From positions 1,440,001 to 1,504,000 of the forward strand of contig OZ245046.1 in the NCBI GenBank assembly GCA_965224245.1: DNA of 64,000 nucleotides. Direction: 5' to 3'. Source of the DNA: Candidatus Eiseniibacteriota bacterium. Its GTDB lineage: Bacteria; Eisenbacteria; RBG-16-71-46; CAZAMP01. The translations under genes and the position numbers were made by a program. This document shows positions 59,203-64,000 of the stretch, in pieces. Below the pieces are notes generated by a model that did not search any database, had not been told where the DNA came from, and saw only the letters and a list, made by a program, of their open reading frames with translations. Each line of letters begins with the position of its first letter. Positions within the stretch are counted from its first letter, which is position 1.

Positions 59203-59237
59203 TTGACACCCGGCGGAGTCCTCTGCTAGAGTGTCAA
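59203..59237 (+). promoter_or_regulatory. Sigma70-like extended -10 promoter of the HU gene
   Basis: TTGACA-N18-TAGAGT with TG extension; flanked by the inverted repeat TTGACAC...GTGTCAA. Confidence 0.5.
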
Positions 59238-59311
59238 CGTTCGGCACGGCAATGCTTTAGCCGAGCACATGGCGCGGCGCGCACGCGGCGGACCCTGACG
59301 CGAGGTGTTGG

Positions 59312-59644
59312 ATGACCAAAGCCGACCTGATCGACGAGATTGCGGCGAAGCGGGGCGCGTCTCGTAGCGAGACCGCCAAGATCGTGAACGGTCTGATCGA
59401 TGCGATTTGTCACGCGCTGATCGATGGACGGCACATCGAGATCCGGAAGTTCGGCACCTTCAAGGTCCGCGAGCGTCGCTCCCGGATCGCACGCAACCCC
59501 CGCAGTGGCGCCACGGTGCGGGTTCCGGCGAAGCTGGTTCCCCACTTCAAGGCCTCGCGAGAGCTCCGGGACGCGGTGGCCGAGAAGCTCGCGCTGGCCG
59601 CCCTGGAGGATCGAACGGACGCGTCGTATCCCGGCACGCCGTGA
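59312..59644 (+). CDS. HU/IHF family DNA-binding protein
   Basis: MTKADLI, IEIRKFGTF, ARNPRSG, VPHFKASRELR. Confidence 0.93.
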   Translation: MTKADLIDEIAAKRGASRSETAKIVNGLIDAICHALIDGRHIEIRKFGTFKVRERRSRIARNPRSGATVRVPAKLVPHFKASRELRDAVAEKLALAALEDRTDASYPGTP

Positions 59645-59831
59645 TCGCCGTCCCGGGTTCACGAACCGGGGGCTGGCGCCGATTGCATGATTCTGGTAGA
59701 AATCTACGCCGATCGAACGTGACGTGACCACGCGCCCTCCGGGTCCGCGTGGGCTGGGAAGGCCGCACCTCGACGCGGCCGATTTTGTCGGACACCGGTC
59801 TGTCCGACGCGACTCAATCGAGGAGGGGCGA

Positions 59832-59924
59832 ATGCCCTGCGGACGCAAGCGCAAGCGCAAGAAGATCGCCACGCACAAGCGCAAGAAGCGACTTCGCGCG
59901 AACCGCCACAAGAAGAAGCGCTAG
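59832..59924 (+). CDS. AURKAIP1/COX24-domain basic peptide (ribosomal protein bS22/mS38-like)
   Basis: MPCGRKRKRKKIATHKRKKRLRANRHKKKR; RBS GAGGAGG. Confidence 0.85.
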   Translation: MPCGRKRKRKKIATHKRKKRLRANRHKKKR

Positions 59925-59927
59925 GTC

Positions 59928-60320
59928 GTGAACGAACGTCGGTACACACCGCGCGCGAACGTCGCCATCGCGTTGCGGACCGGATCCGAGCCGGCGGACG
60001 TCATCCGGACGGTCAATCTCTCCTCGGGCGGGGTGGCCTTCGAGTCGCCCCGCTGGATGGAGCCGTTCACCAAGCTCGAGATGATGTTCGTGTTTCCCAC
60101 CACCGGGACCGAGTCCGGCGACGACGAACGCATCGTCCGGGTGGAGGCCGTCGTCATGCGAACCGAGCCCGAGGACCCGGCCGACGACGTCGACCGCTAC
60201 CGGATCGCGTGCTGCTTCACGGGCATGCGGGCCGCGGACCGGGAGTTCGTGGCCGAGTACGTGGAGGGTGTGATTGCCGCCGAGGAGCGGCGTGCGGCGG
60301 GGAACGAATCCCCGGCGTGA
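59928..60320 (+). CDS. PilZ domain (c-di-GMP receptor) protein
   Basis: ERRYTPR (RxxxR) and NLSSGG (D/NxSxxG). Confidence 0.85.
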   Translation: MNERRYTPRANVAIALRTGSEPADVIRTVNLSSGGVAFESPRWMEPFTKLEMMFVFPTTGTESGDDERIVRVEAVVMRTEPEDPADDVDRYRIACCFTGMRAADREFVAEYVEGVIAAEERRAAGNESPA

Positions 60321-60465
60321 CATGCTGCCGGCCAGCATGTGGGGCCCGCCGAGCCGCGACCCCGGGCGTCCGGGCCACGGCGCGGATTCCCCGCTCTCCG
60401 GAACCCGGCCGCCGGCAGCGTGTATCATCGACGACTCCGGATGCCAGAACCACGAGGCCTCATCG

Positions 60466-61512
60466 ATGAGCATACCGCGACCGTCTCCGACCCCGATTCC
60501 CATCCTGGGCGTCGCCGTCGCCCTCGCGGGCATGGCCGCCGCTCCGGTTCTCGCCGCCGACAAGTACGCAGCGGAGTTCATGAAGATCGGCGTCGGGGCG
60601 CGGGCTCTCGGCATGGGAGGCGCTTTCGCGTCCGTCGCCGACGACGCCAGCGCCGTCTACTGGAACCCCGCGGGACTCACGTTCCTCGCTCGTGGCCAGG
60701 CACTCGGCATGCACGCCGAGCAGTTCGGCGGTGAGGTCGGACACGACTTCGCGAGCGTGGCCTATCCGCTCCGGGGCGAGGGCACGGCGGCCGACGGCAT
60801 CGTCGCCTTCGGATGGGACCGCGTCGCCGTCGACGACATCGAGGTCACGCTCGATGGGCTGCTGGACTACGGGGCCGACGGGGTGCCGGGTACCGGCGAT
60901 GCCGGCGAGGGGAACGGCGCGTACGACTTCGGCGAGAGCTTCGACTTCGACAAGTTCCGGATGGAGAGCAACACCAATCAGGCGTTCTTCTTCACGTACG
61001 CCCGCGCGCTGACCGCCAAGATCTCCATCGGCGGGTCGGTCAAGCTCGTCCGGATGAACCTGGTGGGCACCAACGCGACCGGGGTCGGCGCCGACCTCGG
61101 GCTGATCTACCAGGTGGACCCGTCGTTCACGGTGGGTGTGATGGCGCACGACCTGACCACGACCCGGATCTCCTGGGACACCGGGGCGCGAGAGAGCGTG
61201 GCGCCCGCGTTCGTGCTGGCCACGTACTATGCGCGCTCGGTGGGCGGTCTCGGCATCGTGTCCGGCGCCGCGGACGTGTCGATCACCACGGACGGCCGCG
61301 AGGAGGTCTCGCAGTTCGCCGGCACGGCCGACCTCCACGCCGGAATCGAGTACTGGTACGACCGGAAGCTCGCGCTCCGGGTCGGCACCGATGCCGGTGA
61401 TCTGACGGCCGGAACGGGCGTTCGCTGGCGTCAGTTCGGCGTCGACTACGCGTTCCTGAGCCACAGCGACCTCGACAACAGCCACCGCGTCTCGGCCCAG
61501 CTGAGCTTCTAG
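60466..61512 (+). CDS. PorV/PorQ (UPF0164, FadL-like) outer-membrane barrel
   Basis: FMKIGVGARALGMGGAF...DDASAVYWNPAGL, GADLG, VDYAF, HRVS, terminal F. Confidence 0.85.
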   Translation: MSIPRPSPTPIPILGVAVALAGMAAAPVLAADKYAAEFMKIGVGARALGMGGAFASVADDASAVYWNPAGLTFLARGQALGMHAEQFGGEVGHDFASVAYPLRGEGTAADGIVAFGWDRVAVDDIEVTLDGLLDYGADGVPGTGDAGEGNGAYDFGESFDFDKFRMESNTNQAFFFTYARALTAKISIGGSVKLVRMNLVGTNATGVGADLGLIYQVDPSFTVGVMAHDLTTTRISWDTGARESVAPAFVLATYYARSVGGLGIVSGAADVSITTDGREEVSQFAGTADLHAGIEYWYDRKLALRVGTDAGDLTAGTGVRWRQFGVDYAFLSHSDLDNSHRVSAQLSF

Positions 61513-61772
61513 GCGGCCTCGCCGGCCGCCGCCCGGCCGCCGCCCGCCGGCCGGCCCCGCTCGGCGCGTGGCCCCGGGTATCACCCGGGCGCGTGACCCC
61601 GGGTGTCGCCCGGGGCCTCCGACCTCACCCCGCACCTGCGGGGTCCCACCCGAGCACACTTCCCCGTCAACATCGGTCCGCCGCCGCCGAACTATTTCCG
61701 AGGCAACGCTCGCACGGCGACCTCGCGCGCCACGCGAGCCACGACCCTTCGCAACTCAGCCAGGAGGAGTTG

Positions 61773-62069
61773 GTGGTCCAACCCTCGGAGGATGCTCGAA
61801 TCCACTCGCGCGTCCGCAACGTGCTCTCGCGACGCTGGGTCGACGTCAAACGCCTCAACGTCGGCACGATCGACGGCGTCATCCACATCGAAGGAGAGCT
61901 CAAGCAGTGCCTCAGCCTCGCACCCGCCATCGGTGAAGGCCGACCGTCGCTACAGTTTCTCAGAAAGATCGAGCGCGAACTTCGCTCCATCGCCGGGGTG
62001 CGCGACGTGGTCTTCTCCATCGCCGGTTTCGAAAAGGTGGGCTCGGAATGGAAAAGGAAAGCATCGTAG
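61773..62069 (+). CDS. Small BON-like domain protein
   Basis: EDARIHSRVRNVL...LNVGTIDGVIHIEGEL...IAGVRDV; RBS AGGAGG; no signal peptide. Confidence 0.6.
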   Translation: MVQPSEDARIHSRVRNVLSRRWVDVKRLNVGTIDGVIHIEGELKQCLSLAPAIGEGRPSLQFLRKIERELRSIAGVRDVVFSIAGFEKVGSEWKRKAS

Positions 62070-63400
62070 CACCGGTCCAGATCGTGCTCGATGCGGGGGC
62101 GGCCGCGCGTCAGCTGGTGACGAGTGAGGTCGGCCAGCATCCGGGATTCGCGGATCTCCACAATCGCCTCGGCCTGCTCGAGGTCTACGACGGCCGGCCC
62201 GATCGCGCGGCGCGTGCGTTCCGGGAGGCGCTGGGCATCAACCCCGGCTACTTCTGGGCGGCGTCGAACCTGGCGTTCGCGCTCGTGGGGGCCGGTCATG
62301 CCGAGGAGGCGCTGGACGTGCTGGATCGGCGCTCGCCGCACGCGTCGCATCCCGCGTTCTTCGTGACCCGGGCAGCGCTCCTGCTGGAAGCCGATCGGCC
62401 CGACGAGGTGACCGCGATACTCGACTCGCTCGACGGCGGGTACACCGCGTTCGCGACCCACCTGCGGGCGATGGCGTTGCTGCGCGTCGGAGATCGCCAG
62501 CGCGCGCTGAAGGCGCTGAACGACGCGGCGACCTGCTCGTCGCTGTTGAACCGTCTCTATCGCCAGCGCGAGCTGCTCGGTCCCGGAGCCCTGGAGAAGA
62601 TCAGCCCGCGGCAGGCCGCGTCGCCGATCCGCGTGTTCCCGGGTCTGTTCGAGCTGTACGACTTCTTCGCGGAGATCTACGCGCGACACGGGTTCCGGAT
62701 GCGCGCCCTCGGGTGCTACGAGGAGGGTCAGATCCTGTGGCCGGACCCCGCGCGCCACGCGTGGAACCAGGGCCGGCTGTCCTCGTGGATGGGCGACGCC
62801 ACCGAGGCGAAGCGTCAGTTCGCTCTCGCCATCGAGGAGAACCCCGACATGGTGGACGCGCACATCGCGCTCGCGATGGAGCACGCGTCGGCCGGGCAGA
62901 CCCTCGAGGCGACGGGGGCCTTCGAGCGCGCGGTGGAGCTACGCCCGGGCTACGCGGACATCCGCTACCAGCTCGGGCTCGCGTACATGGAGGGGGGGCG
63001 CCACGTGGATGCCGTCGAGGCGTTCCGCGCCGCCCTGTCGATCAATCCGTCGTTCCACTTCGCCCGGCAGAACCTGGCGCTCGCCCTCCAGCGCGCGTCC
63101 CGGCCCGACGAGGCGATCGTCGAGTACGAGCGCATGCTGGCCGGCGGGCGGCGTTCGGCGGATCTGTTGATGAACTGCGGCATCGCGCTGCTCGAGTGCG
63201 ATCAGGTCGATCGCGCCGAGGCGATGTTCCGGGACGGCATCGCGGCCAACCCGGAATTCACGCTGATCTACTACCACCTCGGAATGGCGTACCAGCGACA
63301 GGGACGGCGCGAGGAGGCCCACGCGGCCTGGCGCCAGTTCCTCGAACGGCACGGACAGTCCGAGCTCGCGCAGAGCGTCCTGCGCGAGCTGGGGGAGTGA
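62048..63400 (+). CDS. Tetratricopeptide repeat protein
   Basis: HPGFADLHNRLG, INPGY, RPGYADIRYQLG, NPEFTLIYYHLG. Confidence 0.85.
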   Translation: MEKESIVAPVQIVLDAGAAARQLVTSEVGQHPGFADLHNRLGLLEVYDGRPDRAARAFREALGINPGYFWAASNLAFALVGAGHAEEALDVLDRRSPHASHPAFFVTRAALLLEADRPDEVTAILDSLDGGYTAFATHLRAMALLRVGDRQRALKALNDAATCSSLLNRLYRQRELLGPGALEKISPRQAASPIRVFPGLFELYDFFAEIYARHGFRMRALGCYEEGQILWPDPARHAWNQGRLSSWMGDATEAKRQFALAIEENPDMVDAHIALAMEHASAGQTLEATGAFERAVELRPGYADIRYQLGLAYMEGGRHVDAVEAFRAALSINPSFHFARQNLALALQRASRPDEAIVEYERMLAGGRRSADLLMNCGIALLECDQVDRAEAMFRDGIAANPEFTLIYYHLGMAYQRQGRREEAHAAWRQFLERHGQSELAQSVLRELGE

Positions 63401-63470
63401 ACGACGCACCGGGAGTCCGCCCTCGCGGGATCTGGCCGCGACGCCGAGAGGTCGTCGGGGTCTGAAGAGG

Positions 63471-64000
63471 ATGCGCCAAATGGAAGCCTTCGGATCACTG
63501 GACATCGGTCTGTCGATCGCCCCGGCGGGCAACGCGCGCACGTGGGGTGACGCAGCCTCCGGCATCGCGGCGCTGGTCTTCGGCGGCGCCACGCAGACGC
63601 ACGCGGACGTGCTCTTCGCGCGTCTGAGCCGTCTCTCCGAGGAGGGGGCGGGTGCGCCCGGGACACCCTACCCGCCTCGCATCATGCAGGCCGCACGCGC
63701 GCTGGAGATCCTCCACGGCGAGCTGTGGCAGCTCCGCCAGCAAGGTCGGTCGGAGTTCGCGCTGAGCGTGCTCGTGGCACTGGTCGAGGACGATCGGACG
63801 TTCGTGCTGCAGGTCGGTCCCGGCAGCGCGTTCCAGGTCGGCGACGGCGGCGTTCAGGCGGTCGCGAGCCCTCAGACGAGCGGCCCGCCGCTCGGGGCCG
63901 AGGTGAAGTCCGGGATCGCCGTTCATGCACCTCGGTTCGAGCCGGGCGATCGGCTGGTTTTGATGGCCGGCGCCCCCGACAGTCTCTCGCCGGCGCTCCT
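63471..64000 (+). CDS. Degenerate PP2C/PPM-fold protein (partial, runs off the window)
   Basis: Hand translation MRQMEAFGSLDIG...IAALVFGG...LSVLVALVEDDRTFVLQVGPGSAF...PPLG...FEPGDRLVLMAG follows PP2C motif order. Confidence 0.55.
   Translation, partial: MRQMEAFGSLDIGLSIAPAGNARTWGDAASGIAALVFGGATQTHADVLFARLSRLSEEGAGAPGTPYPPRIMQAARALEILHGELWQLRQQGRSEFALSVLVALVEDDRTFVLQVGPGSAFQVGDGGVQAVASPQTSGPPLGAEVKSGIAVHAPRFEPGDRLVLMAGAPDSLSPAL

Noticed and set aside
59203-59237. TTGACAC...GTGTCAA inverted repeat as a CIRCE element
   Set aside because: Sequence and 21-nt spacing do not match TTAGCACTC-N9-GAGTGCTAA; kept only as a promoter.
61513-61620. GC-rich palindromes after the PorV-like gene
   Set aside because: No U-tract and no other copies noticed; not distinguishable from chance in GC-rich DNA.

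Overview
Very GC-rich, densely coding diderm bacterial window. The gene mix (PorV-like barrel, TolB/BamA-peptidase fusion, TWxxxKxxY-tailed secreted protein, AURKAIP1/COX24-type peptide) suggests an FCB-adjacent candidate lineage such as Eisenbacteria, Krumholzibacteriota or Latescibacterota; this is inference only. Content from left to right: (1) 1-15.8 kb, a beta-1,3-glucan utilisation locus (GH1, GH16, a clan GH-A hydrolase fused to a probable outer-membrane barrel, CBM-like proteins, a split Opp/Dpp-type ABC importer, and a ROK repressor with three visible 25-bp operators); (2) 16-35 kb, envelope genes (GGDEF, peptidase-TolB-BamA fusion, TPR proteins, waaF, gmhB, ExbB/ExbD/ExbD/TonB, TolC, ABC ATPase); (3) uvrA; (4) gcvT-gcvH coupled to an eight-gene uncharacterised cluster built around a GlmL/MutL-like ASKHA ATPase and several membrane proteins, with no mutase in the window; (5) dusB, then a compositionally atypical two-gene module whose products share a Gly/Asn-rich amyloid-like motif; (6) topoisomerase VI B/A interrupted by a kinase; (7) a microcompartment locus with an aldehyde dehydrogenase but no signature enzyme; (8) HU, bS22-like peptide, PilZ, PorV-like, BON-like, TPR and a degenerate PP2C. 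I saw no tRNA, rRNA, CRISPR array or transposase. The best candidates for undescribed systems are the paired-motif module (49546-51739) and the GlmL-like membrane cluster (39776-46674). Family names are from motif recognition and recall, not from database searches.
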